A stretch of DNA of 64,000 nt from Candidatus Latescibacterota bacterium (GCA_965206595.1 OZ242214.1:1056001-1120000); one strand, 5' to 3'; positions 37,147-47,346 are shown, numbered from the stretch's first letter. Numbers and translations are program-made. Notes: generated from the sequence alone by a model not told the origin.

Positions 37147-38319
37147 CTAAAGGTCCCGGATGCGGATCCAGCCGCGTTCCTTCGCCGACAGCGAAACCGC
37201 CTCGAGCACCGCCTGCGCCTTGACTCCGTCGGCGAAATCCGGATGCACCTTTCCGTCCGACGCTATCCCCTGCATAAGGTCGTAGACCTCGTGGATGAAG
37301 GTGTGCTCCCAACCGATTATGTGTCCGGGCGGCCACCACGCATCCATGTAAGGGTGCGTCCCCCCTTCGTTGACGATGATCTCGCGAAAGCCCTGCAGGT
37401 GGCCCGGGTCGTCGCGGTCGTAGAACTGCAGCTCGTTCATCTTTTCGAGGTTGAAGCTGAGCGAGCCCTTGCTGCCGTTGATCTCGAAGCGGTTGTGATT
37501 GCGCCTGCCGGCGGCAAAGCGGGTCGCCTCGAAGGACCCCAGGGCCCCGTTCCTGAAGCGGGCGAGAAAGAGGGTCGCGTCGTCGACGGTGACCCTGCCC
37601 CTTTTCCTGGTCTTACCGCGCGAGGCGCCGAGGGCGGCGTCTATCTCTTCCGCCAGGGGCCGTTCCCTGATGAAGGTCGCATCCGCTCCGACGACCTCGG
37701 TGATGTCTCCAACCAGGAAATGGGCGAGGTCGATGATGTGGGCGTTCAGGTCTCCGTGCGGCCCGGAGCCGGCCTTGCTCTTCTGTAGCCGCCAGACGAG
37801 CGGGAATTCCGGATCGATGATCCAGTCCTGGAGGTAGACGGCGCGCCAGTGGTAGATCTCGCCCAGACGTCCCTCGTCGACGATTTGCTTGGCCAGGGCC
37901 ACGGCGGGGACGCGCCGGTAGTTGTAGGCCACCATGTGTTTGACCTTGGCTTTGCGCACCGCGGCGAGCATTGCCCGGGCTTCGGAGAGGTTGTTGGCCA
38001 GCGGTTTCTCGCAGAACAGGTGCTTGCCGTTCTCCGCCGCGGCGATGGCGATGTCGGCGTGGGTGTTCCCGGGCGTCGACACGTCGACGAGGTCGATGTC
38101 CTCCCGTTGCACGAGGCGCTTCCAGCTCGTCTCGACCTCTTCCCAGCCGAACTGCACGGCCGCGGCCTGCACGGCCTCCCGGTTGCGGCCGCAAAGGGCC
38201 TTCATCACCGGCATCGCCCCGGCATCGGGGAAGAAGAAGCCCATGTCCTTGTAGGCGTGGCTGTGGGCCTTGCCCATGAACTGGTAGCCGACGAGTCCGA
38301 CGTTGATCTGTTTCGGCAT
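37147..38319 (-). CDS. Gfo/Idh/MocA-family NAD-dependent oxidoreductase
   Basis: [53 protein letters not shown]. Confidence 0.92.
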   Translation of the reverse strand: MPKQINVGLVGYQFMGKAHSHAYKDMGFFFPDAGAMPVMKALCGRNREAVQAAAVQFGWEEVETSWKRLVQREDIDLVDVSTPGNTHADIAIAAAENGKHLFCEKPLANNLSEARAMLAAVRKAKVKHMVAYNYRRVPAVALAKQIVDEGRLGEIYHWRAVYLQDWIIDPEFPLVWRLQKSKAGSGPHGDLNAHIIDLAHFLVGDITEVVGADATFIRERPLAEEIDAALGASRGKTRKRGRVTVDDATLFLARFRNGALGSFEATRFAAGRRNHNRFEINGSKGSLSFNLEKMNELQFYDRDDPGHLQGFREIIVNEGGTHPYMDAWWPPGHIIGWEHTFIHEVYDLMQGIASDGKVHPDFADGVKAQAVLEAVSLSAKERGWIRIRDL

Positions 38320-38551
38320 GGGGAACTAACTCCCGGATCGGGGGAAGCTGATTCTCCCTCCAGGTAGGAGGGGCAGGTAATTGCAGTGGTAAGGCCGGCG
38401 GGCCCCTAAGTAGATGGGGGCTCCGGCGACTGTCAATAGCCGCCGCGGGGGTGAGCGGCCGCCTCGAGGGGAGCTCCTTCAGTTCGGCAAGGCCAGGCCG
38501 GGGATGGCGCGGTCGTGGAGAGTCACCGGGTGGACAGGATGCCCGCGACCG

Positions 38552-39349
38552 TCAATGACGGATCGCTTTCTGGCGCCGCAGGTCGACGTCGAATACGCGC
38601 AACTGGCCGCCGGGGAACTCCCCGATCAGCTCGACGATGCCGTCGTTGTCGAGATCGAGGGTTCCCAGGCGCTCCCCGAACGGCTCGGGGGACTGCCACT
38701 CCAGGTCGCGGAAGCGCGCGTCGAAGACGAACCCGTCGTTGAGCACGATCTCCTCGGCGTTGTCCCCGTCGACATCGGCGACGATGATCTCCACGGCTTC
38801 GATGTTCGACTGGTCGGAGCGCCATTCCTCGAAGCGGTCGAGGCCGTCGTAGATGATGAGCATGCCGTCGCCGCAGAACACCATCTCGAGCTGTTCGTCG
38901 TCGTCGACGTTGTGGAGGATCATCGCGGTGATCGACTCGTACTCGTTGGGAGGGTTGCTCCACAGGGTGCGGTAATCCCCGGAGTCCAGTACGTAGATGC
39001 GCCCTGTCTCGGTGTAGACAAGGAGCTCCGAGAGGCCGTCGGAGTCGACGTCGGAGACGAAGAGGCCGCCGACCGGCCCTTCGAGATGCTCGCTGATCCA
39101 GACCTCCTCGAACGCCTCTCCCTGATCCTCGAATACATGGAGGAACCCCCGGGCCTCTCCGAGGACGAGCCGAGCCGGGTCTTCCGGCTTCGCCCTCGGC
39201 AGCAGCCCGAGGTTGTCGAATTCATCGAGCGACCAGTTCTCTTCGAGCCGGACCGACAGGGAGTCCCTTGCCGCGGCAGGCGAGGCCGCTCCGAGGGTCG
39301 CTCCGAAAAGAGCGGCCGCCGCCGCAATCCCGAGTGCAGACAGTTTCAT
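38552..39349 (-). CDS. Secreted FG-GAP/VCBS-like repeat protein
   Basis: Signal peptide; repeated Ca-binding-like DxDxDG motifs (DVDSDG, NVDDDE, DVDGDN, DLDNDG). Confidence 0.7.
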   Translation of the reverse strand: MKLSALGIAAAAALFGATLGAASPAAARDSLSVRLEENWSLDEFDNLGLLPRAKPEDPARLVLGEARGFLHVFEDQGEAFEEVWISEHLEGPVGGLFVSDVDSDGLSELLVYTETGRIYVLDSGDYRTLWSNPPNEYESITAMILHNVDDDEQLEMVFCGDGMLIIYDGLDRFEEWRSDQSNIEAVEIIVADVDGDNAEEIVLNDGFVFDARFRDLEWQSPEPFGERLGTLDLDNDGIVELIGEFPGGQLRVFDVDLRRQKAIRH

Positions 39350-40590
39350 TCCTGGCTCTCCTCGCCGATCGCCGCCTTCGCCGCTTCGTACACGGCGAGG
39401 ATCGGTACCTTGCGCTGGCGCGCGCGCGCCGCGCAGTCCTCGTATTCGGGCGCGAGCCGCCGGCCGCCGTCGAAGTGGCAGACCTTGACGCGAACATCCC
39501 CGTGCGCAGTCGACACGGTGGTCGAGCTGCGCTGCAGCTTGCGCCGTTCGACGGGGTGAAACCGCACACCCGTGGTGGTAGTTTCCCCGAGAACGGTCTC
39601 GACGGCCGCCTCGACGCCGGCGGGGTCGACGAGCACGCTCAGCAGGCTGCCGGGGCGGCCTTTCTTCATGTAGACCGGGGTGATGTACACGTCCTTGGCT
39701 CCGCGCTCCAGCAGCAGGTCGAACAGGTAGCCGTACACCTCGGGGTTCATGTCGTCAATGTTGGCCTCGATGAGCAGAGCGTCGTCGCGTTCGAGTCGGG
39801 TGCGTCCATCGGGCGGGGCTTTCGCGAGCTCGCCGATGCGAACCCTCAGGGCGTTGGGCACCGAGGGCAGATCCCGCGCTCCGGCACCGTAGCCGACCTG
39901 AAGCAAGCGATACTCCGGCGGGGCGCTGAAGTCCGCAAGAGTGGTGATGATGGCCGCTCCCGTAGGGGTGATCAGCTCCGCTTCGACATCGGTCTGGATC
40001 AGCCGCAGGCCGGGCACGCCCTCGCACAGCGCCAGGACCCCGGGGACCGGCACCGGGTAGCTGCCGTGGGCGCACTGGACGAGCCCGGTGCCGCACCGCA
40101 GGGGGGACGAGTGCACGGCGGCGACTCCCAGCAACTGCAGACCGGCCACCGCTCCGACTACGTCGACGACCGCGTCCAACGCTCCCGCTTCGTGCAGGCG
40201 AACCTCCTCGACGTCGACGCCGTGAACCTGCGCCTCCGCCTCGGCGAGTCTTCGAAAGACCTTGAGGGAACCGCTCCTGACCTCCTCGTCGAGGTCGCTC
40301 GAGGCCAGGAGTTCCTCGAGTTCGCCCAAGTGGCGGTGGCCGCCCCCGTCCGCATGCGAGTGGATGTGATGCTCATCGGTTTGTGCGATCGCTTTTCCGC
40401 CGAGGCGGACCTGCACGCGGAGGGGCCCTAGGCCGCAACGCTCGACCCTTTCGACCCGAAGGTCTGCGGGAAGCCGGAGCTTGGCGATCTCGGCGCGCAG
40501 GAGATCGGCGTCGAGGCCGGCGTCGACCAGCGCCCCAAGGACCATGTCGCCGCTGATCCCCGAGAAACAGTCGAAATGGGCTAGGCGCAT
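39346..40590 (-). CDS. larC: Nickel pincer cofactor biosynthesis protein LarC
   Basis: FDCFSGISGDMVLGAL, His-rich HHIHSH...HRH, AEAQVHG, CAHGSYPVPVP, ELITPTGAA, EANIDDMNPE, MKKGRPG, PEYEDC. Confidence 0.95.
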   Translation of the reverse strand: MRLAHFDCFSGISGDMVLGALVDAGLDADLLRAEIAKLRLPADLRVERVERCGLGPLRVQVRLGGKAIAQTDEHHIHSHADGGGHRHLGELEELLASSDLDEEVRSGSLKVFRRLAEAEAQVHGVDVEEVRLHEAGALDAVVDVVGAVAGLQLLGVAAVHSSPLRCGTGLVQCAHGSYPVPVPGVLALCEGVPGLRLIQTDVEAELITPTGAAIITTLADFSAPPEYRLLQVGYGAGARDLPSVPNALRVRIGELAKAPPDGRTRLERDDALLIEANIDDMNPEVYGYLFDLLLERGAKDVYITPVYMKKGRPGSLLSVLVDPAGVEAAVETVLGETTTTGVRFHPVERRKLQRSSTTVSTAHGDVRVKVCHFDGGRRLAPEYEDCAARARQRKVPILAVYEAAKAAIGEESQE

Positions 40591-40622
40591 TGGCACGGTC
40601 CGGTTTCGCGGGGGGTCAGGCT

Positions 40623-41036
40623 CTACTTCCTGAATTCGGCCCTGCGTTTGTTCCAGTCGAACTCCGAGGCGAAATCGTAGACGTCGATAAAGTCCTCCAG
40701 GCAGTCATTTTCCGTCCTCCCCAACTGCTTCGCCGATACCAGGTTGAAAACGATGTTGCCGAAGTCCTCGGTCTTGTAGACGCCCCAGTGCTCGAAAACG
40801 GTACGGGTCAGCGGCCCGAACCGGCTGAGCCCGAACTCGCTGATTCCCCTGAGCAGATCGGCGCCGGAGACATGTCTCTGATCGTCGGGCATGCCCGCCT
40901 TTCCGAGACTCTTTACCGTGTAATTCAGGGCCTCGTACAGGAAAACGTACGCCTCCCTTGCGTAGCGGCCGTCCTGGTCGACCAGGTGGTCGACGGCTCG
41001 GTCGAGGTTGGCTTTAGGGGACAATTGGTCACCCAT
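40623..41036 (-). CDS. Minf_1886-family (TIGR04138-like) protein
   Basis: RYAREAYVFLYEAL, RHVSGADLL, FGPLTRTVFEHWGV, EDFGNIVFNLV, DFIDVYDF. Confidence 0.8.
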   Translation of the reverse strand: MGDQLSPKANLDRAVDHLVDQDGRYAREAYVFLYEALNYTVKSLGKAGMPDDQRHVSGADLLRGISEFGLSRFGPLTRTVFEHWGVYKTEDFGNIVFNLVSAKQLGRTENDCLEDFIDVYDFASEFDWNKRRAEFRK

Positions 41037-41037
41037 G

Positions 41038-42324
41038 TCATCGCCCGGGGTTCTGGAGTGCGAAGGACGGGCCGGCTGCCGCCGCCCGGGCGACGAGTCG
41101 GTCGCGGTGAGCGAAGAAGGGCGCCTTCTGATTCTCGGGAAGGGGTGCGACCTTGGCCTGCCTGTTGACGCTGGCCGGGTTGCGGTGGCGACCGTTGCGC
41201 AGCAGTTCGTAGTGCAAGTGAGGGCCGGTCGTGCGCCCGGTGGCTCCGACGCGGCCGACAACCTCGAACTTGTCGACCCGCTGGCCCTTGCGCACCGAGA
41301 TGCGACTGAGGTGGGCGTAGCGGGTCTTGTAGCCGTTCGGATGTTCGACCTCCACCAGCTTTCCGTAGCCGCCCTTGCGGCCGGCGTAGCTGACAGTCCC
41401 GCGCGCCGTGGCCCAGACCCTGGTTCCCTTGTCGGCGGCGAAGTCCATGCCTAGATGGGGAATGTTGCGTTTCAGGATCGGGTGGAAGCGCTTGTTGCTG
41501 AAACCGGAGCTGATGCGGCGGTAGGAGAGGGGACTGAGAAGGAACATGCGCTCGACCGACTTGCCGTTCTCGTCGTAATACCCCGAGCCTTCCTCCGTCT
41601 CGTAGAACACCGCCAGTTGCGAAACGATCTCGCCATCGTAGCGGGCCAGCAGGACGCGGTCATAGCGCACGAATATCCCGTCCTTGAAGAGCTTGCGAAC
41701 TACCAGGCCGAGGCGGTCCCCCTTCCTGGGGTCCTTGTTGAAATCGACGACCGACCCGAAGATCCGGTCGGCGAGCAGGTCGGTGAGCAGCATGCTCTCG
41801 CCAGCGCCGGCCATGGCGTTGGACAGGTTGTCCTCGATCGTCACCTGCAGCGCGACCACCGAAGTGTCGAGTGGTTCCGTGATCCGTCGCGCGGAAAAAC
41901 CGCCCGCGGCGGTGCGCTCTACGTGCAGAACCTGGTCCGGTTGGTTGCGCTGCAGGTAGGAAAAGCTGGTAACCTCACTCTCCTGGCCGACGACGAGCCG
42001 GTAGCTGTCGCCGGGTTTCAGGCTCGATGCATCGAACAGGTCCCGCATGGCCTCGTTCAGGTGCGCCACCTCGAGATCGGAGACTCCGTGCCGCTTCAGG
42101 GACAGGTATAAGGTGTCGTTCCGGCCGATGGTATCGAGCAGGGCCGCTGCCTCGGAGGGCTCGGCTGCTGCCGGGGCGGGGACAGGTTCGATGGCCGTCC
42201 CCCCGGCGGCTGCGAGCGGTTCGCCAGGAGTGCGATCAAGGCGGATCACCGCGGCGACCGCGGTCAGGGCGATCAGCACCGGGATCACCGTCCAGAGCCA
42301 GAGCGAATAGGGGGAACGGGTCAT
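41038..42324 (-). CDS. M23-family murein DD-endopeptidase (MepM/OapA-type)
   Basis: N-terminal TM; RISSGF, RFHPILK, HLGMD (HxxxD), YAHLS, GRTTGPHLHYE. Confidence 0.93.
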   Translation of the reverse strand: MTRSPYSLWLWTVIPVLIALTAVAAVIRLDRTPGEPLAAAGGTAIEPVPAPAAAEPSEAAALLDTIGRNDTLYLSLKRHGVSDLEVAHLNEAMRDLFDASSLKPGDSYRLVVGQESEVTSFSYLQRNQPDQVLHVERTAAGGFSARRITEPLDTSVVALQVTIEDNLSNAMAGAGESMLLTDLLADRIFGSVVDFNKDPRKGDRLGLVVRKLFKDGIFVRYDRVLLARYDGEIVSQLAVFYETEEGSGYYDENGKSVERMFLLSPLSYRRISSGFSNKRFHPILKRNIPHLGMDFAADKGTRVWATARGTVSYAGRKGGYGKLVEVEHPNGYKTRYAHLSRISVRKGQRVDKFEVVGRVGATGRTTGPHLHYELLRNGRHRNPASVNRQAKVAPLPENQKAPFFAHRDRLVARAAAAGPSFALQNPGR

Positions 42325-42438
42325 GTACAGGAGGCGGTCGGGAGTGGAACGGTTACGCCGCCGCCGGGGGGAAGTACAGCCCTTCGAAGGGCTTTGCAAT
42401 TGCCGTAACATGTTTGTTATTATACACCTACGTAAAAA

Positions 42439-43614
42439 ATGCGTCAAGAAATTCCACACCGTTCACCGGCGCAGCGAAGTTCTGCGGAACCCGCGACAAC
42501 TGCTGCCTCGACACTCTCGGAAGGCGCCGTAACCGACGCCCGCGTCGACCTCAAGGGGCTGACGCCGCAGGAGCTGGCCGCCCTGGTCGTCGAGTTGGGG
42601 CAGAAACCGTACCGGGGCCGGCAACTCTGGTCCTGGATCCACGAGCGCGGAGCCGCGGACTTCGACGCCATGACCGATCTGCCCCGAAACTTCAGGGAAC
42701 GGTTGGCGGAGCGCTCTGGCGTCGCCGGAATGCCCCAGCGAGAGCGCCTGCGGTCGCCGGCGGGAAAGGCGGTGAAATTTCTCTTCGAGGTGCCGGGCGG
42801 GGGACAGGTGGAAGCGGTCTACATCACCGACGGGGCACGGCGGACCGCCTGCCTGTCCTCCCAGGTCGGGTGCCCGCTGGACTGCCGCTTCTGCGCCACC
42901 GGGAAGATGGGTTTCCTGCGCAACCTCGGCGCCGCCCAGATCGTGGATCAGCTCCTTCAACTCCAGGATTACTCCAGGTCCCTCGGAGAAAGGGTGACCC
43001 ACATCGTGATGATGGGGATGGGGGAACCGCTGCTGAACTACGACCAGGTGGTGCGGGCGCTGCACATCATCCGCTCCCAGGAAGGGGGGATCGGCGGTCG
43101 CCGCATCACGGTCTCTACGGCGGGGTACGTTCCCGGGATTCGGCGGCTGGCGGACGAGGCTCTCAACGTCAGCCTGGCGATCTCCCTGAACGCCACCAGC
43201 GACGAAACCCGAACCCGCCTGATGCCGATCAACCGCAAGTTCCCGATCGCCGAGCTGCTCGATGCGGCGCGTCTCTTCTACCAGCGCCGCGGGCGCCGGG
43301 TGACTTTCGAGTACGTGCTGATGGCGGGGGTCACCGACAGCGATGGCGATGCCGTGCGCCTGGCCTCGCTGTCGCGGCAGCTGCCGTGCAAGATCAACCT
43401 CATTCCCTACAACGAGCTGAGCGGACTGCCCGCCGGGGAGGAGGTCTTCACACGCCCTTCCCGGCAGCGAGTCAGGCGCTTTACCGAGCTGGTCAGAGCC
43501 AACACCGAAACCGCGGTCACCGTCCGCGATAGCCGCGGCGGGGATATCGACGCTGCCTGCGGGCAGCTCTACCGGCGCCTCGAAAAGCGCGCTGACTCCC
43601 GCCGGTCCCGGTGA
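42439..43614 (+). CDS. rlmN: 23S rRNA (A2503-C2)-methyltransferase RlmN
   Basis: CLSSQVGCPLDCRFCATG radical-SAM motif, MGMGEPLLN, FEYVL, INLIPYN, DIDAACGQL. Confidence 0.96.
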   Translation: MRQEIPHRSPAQRSSAEPATTAASTLSEGAVTDARVDLKGLTPQELAALVVELGQKPYRGRQLWSWIHERGAADFDAMTDLPRNFRERLAERSGVAGMPQRERLRSPAGKAVKFLFEVPGGGQVEAVYITDGARRTACLSSQVGCPLDCRFCATGKMGFLRNLGAAQIVDQLLQLQDYSRSLGERVTHIVMMGMGEPLLNYDQVVRALHIIRSQEGGIGGRRITVSTAGYVPGIRRLADEALNVSLAISLNATSDETRTRLMPINRKFPIAELLDAARLFYQRRGRRVTFEYVLMAGVTDSDGDAVRLASLSRQLPCKINLIPYNELSGLPAGEEVFTRPSRQRVRRFTELVRANTETAVTVRDSRGGDIDAACGQLYRRLEKRADSRRSR

Positions 43615-43644
43615 GAAGGACCGGCGGCTGCCGGTCCAAGGGAA

Positions 43645-44151
43645 GTGAGCTACAAAGGCCACCTGGTCGGAGGAGTTCTGGTGGCTACCGCGGTGGCGGC
43701 CGCTGCGGAAGTTAGCGGCGGGGGTCCCGGAACCACCTTGGCCCTCTTCGCCACGGCCTTGTTCTTTTCGCTGTTTCCGGATCTCGACACCTCGTCGCGC
43801 CCGCAGCGATGGTTCTTCAAGGTGGTCTTTGCCGCTTTGCTGTACCTCGCCTGGACAGGGGAGTATCGAACCGCTACCGCGGTGGCGGTGCTCGCGCTTC
43901 TGCCGGTCCTGGATCACCATCGCGGCTGGACCCATCATCGTCTGAGTCCGATCGCCGCGGCCGCGGTTGCCGCCGCAGGGTACGCCTGGTGGAAGCTGGA
44001 CGGGGCCGGTCCCGGGGAGTGGTTTGCGGTTCTTCGTGAGCTGCCGCAGGGACTGGAGGTGGGATTCGCCGGGGCGGCCCTCGCCGGCTGGTACACCCAC
44101 CTGTTTCTCGATGGACTGTTTCGGGTGTTTCCCCAGGAGAAGAATTCCTGA
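43645..44151 (+). CDS. Membrane-bound metal-dependent hydrolase (YdjM/DUF457-like)
   Basis: KGH, SLFPDLD, HRGWTH and HLFLD motifs with TM helices. Confidence 0.8.
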   Translation: MSYKGHLVGGVLVATAVAAAAEVSGGGPGTTLALFATALFFSLFPDLDTSSRPQRWFFKVVFAALLYLAWTGEYRTATAVAVLALLPVLDHHRGWTHHRLSPIAAAAVAAAGYAWWKLDGAGPGEWFAVLRELPQGLEVGFAGAALAGWYTHLFLDGLFRVFPQEKNS

Positions 44152-44246
44152 CTTCCTCCGGAATCGCGACGTCGCCTTGCAAGGCGAAGGGAGCGGTTCA
44201 GCCGACAGCCGCGGCGATTCGCTTTCGCAGGCGAGGCAGACCGCGG

Positions 44247-44630
44247 TCATTCCGGAGGAACTTCCTCCCTCTCCGTGTCCTCTTTCCGGGCCTTGCGGTC
44301 GACGAACGACTTGATCTTCGACACCGCCTCCGGCATCAGACCGAGGATCTGGCTCCAGGAGACATCCTTGTCGGAAAGGGTGAGGATCTGGGCCTTGCCG
44401 TCCCGGTCGATGACGACGAAGGCAATCGGCTCGACGGTGGCGCCGCCGCCGGTGCCGCTCTGTCCCTTGCCGTGCTGCCCGCCCCCGGCTCCGAAGCCGA
44501 AGGTGATCTTGCTCACGGGAATGAGCGTCAGGTCGCCGGCCTCTACCGGCTCCCCGATGACGGTTTTGGTCTGCACTATCCGGTGCAGCTCTCCCATCAC
44601 CCGCTCGATCAGACCTTCTATGGAAGTCAC
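44247..44630 (-). CDS. YtfJ/GerW-family protein
   Basis: KTVIGEPV, LIPVSKITFGFGAGGG, GGGATVEPIAFVV. Confidence 0.88.
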   Translation of the reverse strand: MTSIEGLIERVMGELHRIVQTKTVIGEPVEAGDLTLIPVSKITFGFGAGGGQHGKGQSGTGGGATVEPIAFVVIDRDGKAQILTLSDKDVSWSQILGLMPEAVSKIKSFVDRKARKEDTEREEVPPE

Positions 44631-44658
44631 TGGCGTTTTTCCCGGTTATCGGTTGCCT

Positions 44659-45387
44659 TCATGAAGCTCTCCAGTCCGGCCTGAATGGAACCCATCGAGC
44701 CGACCGCAAGCAGTCGGAGAGCCGTCTGCCTCCCATCTCCAGCCCAAACCGTAGACCGGAAGCGGCCAGACGCATCAGGGACAGATGCAGGCAGATCTCC
44801 AAGCGGCCGCAGAACACTTGCTCGCGGAAATCGGGTTCGAGTTGGATCTGCAGCTGTTTTCGCCGCTGCGGCAGGGCTGCTTCCAGGCTCTGGACGACAC
44901 CGTACAGATATCCGGTCTTCGCCGGATCACCCAGTCCGACGCGGCCGTCGACGCGGAGTCGGCGCAGGTTGATGCAGCGCGGCAGCGCCCGCAGCATCCG
45001 CAACCCCGGACGGATGGCGACCCGCCGCAGACGCCTCGGTTGCGTCCGCCTTCTTCGCCGGGCTGTCCGGTCCGGCCCCTCTCCTGCCGTCTCCGCGGCT
45101 CCCTGTCGCTGCTGTTCGGGAACCGGTTCCTCCCGGCCTCCGGCTCCGCCTCGGTACCTCAGGGGAAAGGCCAAGCCTCCCAGGGAGCGCCGGGCAAGGG
45201 TCGGACCCCATCTCCAGGCGTCAGGACCAGTGAAGGCGACCCCCACGAGCCCGGCGAGCAGCGATGCCTCGGCACGTATCGCCACGGCACTCCCGGGCAG
45301 AGGCCGGTCGATCCGCATGCGCAACGCGACCGGGAGGGCAACCAGCGCCAGCGCGGCGCCAGACAGGTACAGGAAAATTTCGAACAT
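44659..45387 (-). CDS. DUF2953 (YtfI-like) membrane protein
   Basis: GLGDPAKTGYLYG and LEPDF motifs; canonical position upstream of ytfJ. Confidence 0.75.
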   Translation of the reverse strand: MFEIFLYLSGAALALVALPVALRMRIDRPLPGSAVAIRAEASLLAGLVGVAFTGPDAWRWGPTLARRSLGGLAFPLRYRGGAGGREEPVPEQQRQGAAETAGEGPDRTARRRRRTQPRRLRRVAIRPGLRMLRALPRCINLRRLRVDGRVGLGDPAKTGYLYGVVQSLEAALPQRRKQLQIQLEPDFREQVFCGRLEICLHLSLMRLAASGLRFGLEMGGRRLSDCLRSARWVPFRPDWRAS

Positions 45388-45501
45388 GCGAATCCTGTCG
45401 ACCACTGTTGCAGCGGTCGATCCGGGGAAACATGAAACCCAAGTCCGGGAGCGTCAAGAAACGCCGGCTCCGCTGCATCCTGCCCAGGGACGCCGGACAG
45501 C

Positions 45502-45531
45502 TTGACAGCCCGGGCTTTCGCCCGTTAAGGT
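45502..45531 (+). promoter_or_regulatory. Candidate sigma70 promoter for the 45589 gene
   Basis: TTGACA (45502-45507), 18-bp spacer, TAAGGT (45526-45531). Confidence 0.45.
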
Positions 45532-45588
45532 TGAAGTGACGCAAGTGCAGTTAACAAAACAACTTGAGCAAATTTCCTGAAAGCGCTT

Positions 45589-47346
45589 ATGGCACTGTCC
45601 AAAGGGGGAGCGGGGCTTCCGGTTGCCCTCCTGATCTGCTGGCTGGGGGCGGCTGAAGCCCGCACCACCTTTTCGGTCCGGGCGGACCACGCCGCGGTTG
45701 CCGGACCCGGCCTGGAACACGTCCTCACGCTTTCCCTCAGCTACTTTCCCGGCGACGGCGAGGCAGTCCTGCTGACGGAGATCGACTTCGATCCGGGGCT
45801 GCTGGCGGTGGCGGGTGCAACTTCGACCGCCGGCGCCGCCACTCTGCATTCGGGCCGGATCGAGATAGACTACGGCAGTGAACCCCTTGCGGAGGTGGCA
45901 GAGGACACCCTCCGGATCACCGCCACTCCCGAGACGTCGCTTGTTCTTGACATGCGAACCTACTCGTCGTTGGAGGGGGAGGCTGTCCCGGCGCACGCAA
46001 TCGTATTCCCTCTCGAGGTGCGATCCCCCGTTCCCGTCGCTGTCTCCGTCCGGCCGACCGCGGTGTACCCCGGAATACCGTTCGAGCTGGCCATCAGCAT
46101 TCGCAACCTCGATACGGAAGGGCGTCCCCTCGAGTCGTTGGTATGGGAGTGGCCCGAGGTGGTGCAGGTGGGCGAGGGTGCGGCGGAAGGGGATCTCGAG
46201 ACCCTCGTGGAGGCTGGGGACAGCGTTGCCGTTACCTGCGATCTGCAGGTGCGTCGCGGAGCCGCGGGAACCGTTGCTCTGAAAGGGATTGCAGTTTCCA
46301 AAGCTGTCTACGGGTCGCCGCTGCCCGCGGTCTACCTCGACCTTCTTCCCGTGCCCCAGGCCTCGGCAGCTTTTTCCGGAGGCCGTGCCGTCAAAGGCAG
46401 CACCAGCGAGCTGCAGTTCACTTGGCGCAATGACTCGCAGACCTCGATCCCGGTGAGGGAGTTGCGCGCCCAGATACCGGACAGTTTTCGTGAAATCGCC
46501 ATCATGGACGCCTCTCCTGCCTCGGCGCGAGTGGAAGTGGAATCCACCCCCTCCGAAGAAGGTACTCCCCCTGGCTGGCCATCCGCCTGGTGGCACCTGG
46601 TCGTCCGTCCCGAATCCGAAGAGCTGCGCCCCGGGGGACAGGTCGAGGTCTCCCTGGGGCTGCGGCCGGCTCGCTCCGGTCTGTTCGGATGCGAGAGCGC
46701 ATTCTACCCCGAAGCCGGAGGGGATCCGGTTCCTCTGTCCGGCGACGTCGTGGTGAGTGTTGTCGAGGAGGACCCGCAGATCGGGGGAGAAACCGGGGGT
46801 GCGGTGGCTGAAATCAGGACCGACCTCGAGGCGGTCCAGGCAGCTCTCCAAGGGGGAATCCGCAAAGAGCTCGCCGATCTTCCCCTGGGCACGGGTTCCC
46901 GGATCGAGCTCGAGGCCTCGGAGGAAGACGACAGGAACTGGATTGCTGAGGACATCCTGACCGCGGAGCTGATCAGGAGAGGATACCGCGTGGCCGTGAA
47001 ATTTCCGGATTCGGGTGGGGACACAGGGGCCGCCCTCAGCTACCGGGTCGCCGATGCCCGCGTGGTGTACTCGCCGCAGAAGGGCTGGAATCCGATGGCG
47101 GCAAAGCGCCGCCGGGAGGCGATCGGCGACCTGTTTCTCTCTTTCGAGAATGCCGACCGCGAGCTGTCCTGGATCAGAAGAATCCGGGGATACGGTGTCG
47201 AAACGGTTTCCTCGGAGGGGAACCAATGGCTGGGCGGTTCGGAAACCGTGGACCGGGTCTCCGTGGATCCAGGGAACAAGGCGGTCGAGATCGGGCTCTC
47301 GGGCATGATCGTCGGCGGGCTCTTCTTTGTCTTCTTCGCCCCTTGA
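45589..47346 (+). CDS. Hypothetical exported beta-rich (Ig-like) protein with a C-terminal membrane anchor
   Basis: Signal peptide ending AEA; several beta-sandwich-like segments; hydrophobic C-terminus IVGGLFFVFFAP. Confidence 0.7.
   Translation: MALSKGGAGLPVALLICWLGAAEARTTFSVRADHAAVAGPGLEHVLTLSLSYFPGDGEAVLLTEIDFDPGLLAVAGATSTAGAATLHSGRIEIDYGSEPLAEVAEDTLRITATPETSLVLDMRTYSSLEGEAVPAHAIVFPLEVRSPVPVAVSVRPTAVYPGIPFELAISIRNLDTEGRPLESLVWEWPEVVQVGEGAAEGDLETLVEAGDSVAVTCDLQVRRGAAGTVALKGIAVSKAVYGSPLPAVYLDLLPVPQASAAFSGGRAVKGSTSELQFTWRNDSQTSIPVRELRAQIPDSFREIAIMDASPASARVEVESTPSEEGTPPGWPSAWWHLVVRPESEELRPGGQVEVSLGLRPARSGLFGCESAFYPEAGGDPVPLSGDVVVSVVEEDPQIGGETGGAVAEIRTDLEAVQAALQGGIRKELADLPLGTGSRIELEASEEDDRNWIAEDILTAELIRRGYRVAVKFPDSGGDTGAALSYRVADARVVYSPQKGWNPMAAKRRREAIGDLFLSFENADRELSWIRRIRGYGVETVSSEGNQWLGGSETVDRVSVDPGNKAVEIGLSGMIVGGLFFVFFAP

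Noticed and set aside
42439-43614. Radical SAM gene as the modifying enzyme for the PqqD/RRE operon
   Set aside because: It is a clear housekeeping RlmN (MGMGEP, AACGQL) more than 20 kb away.
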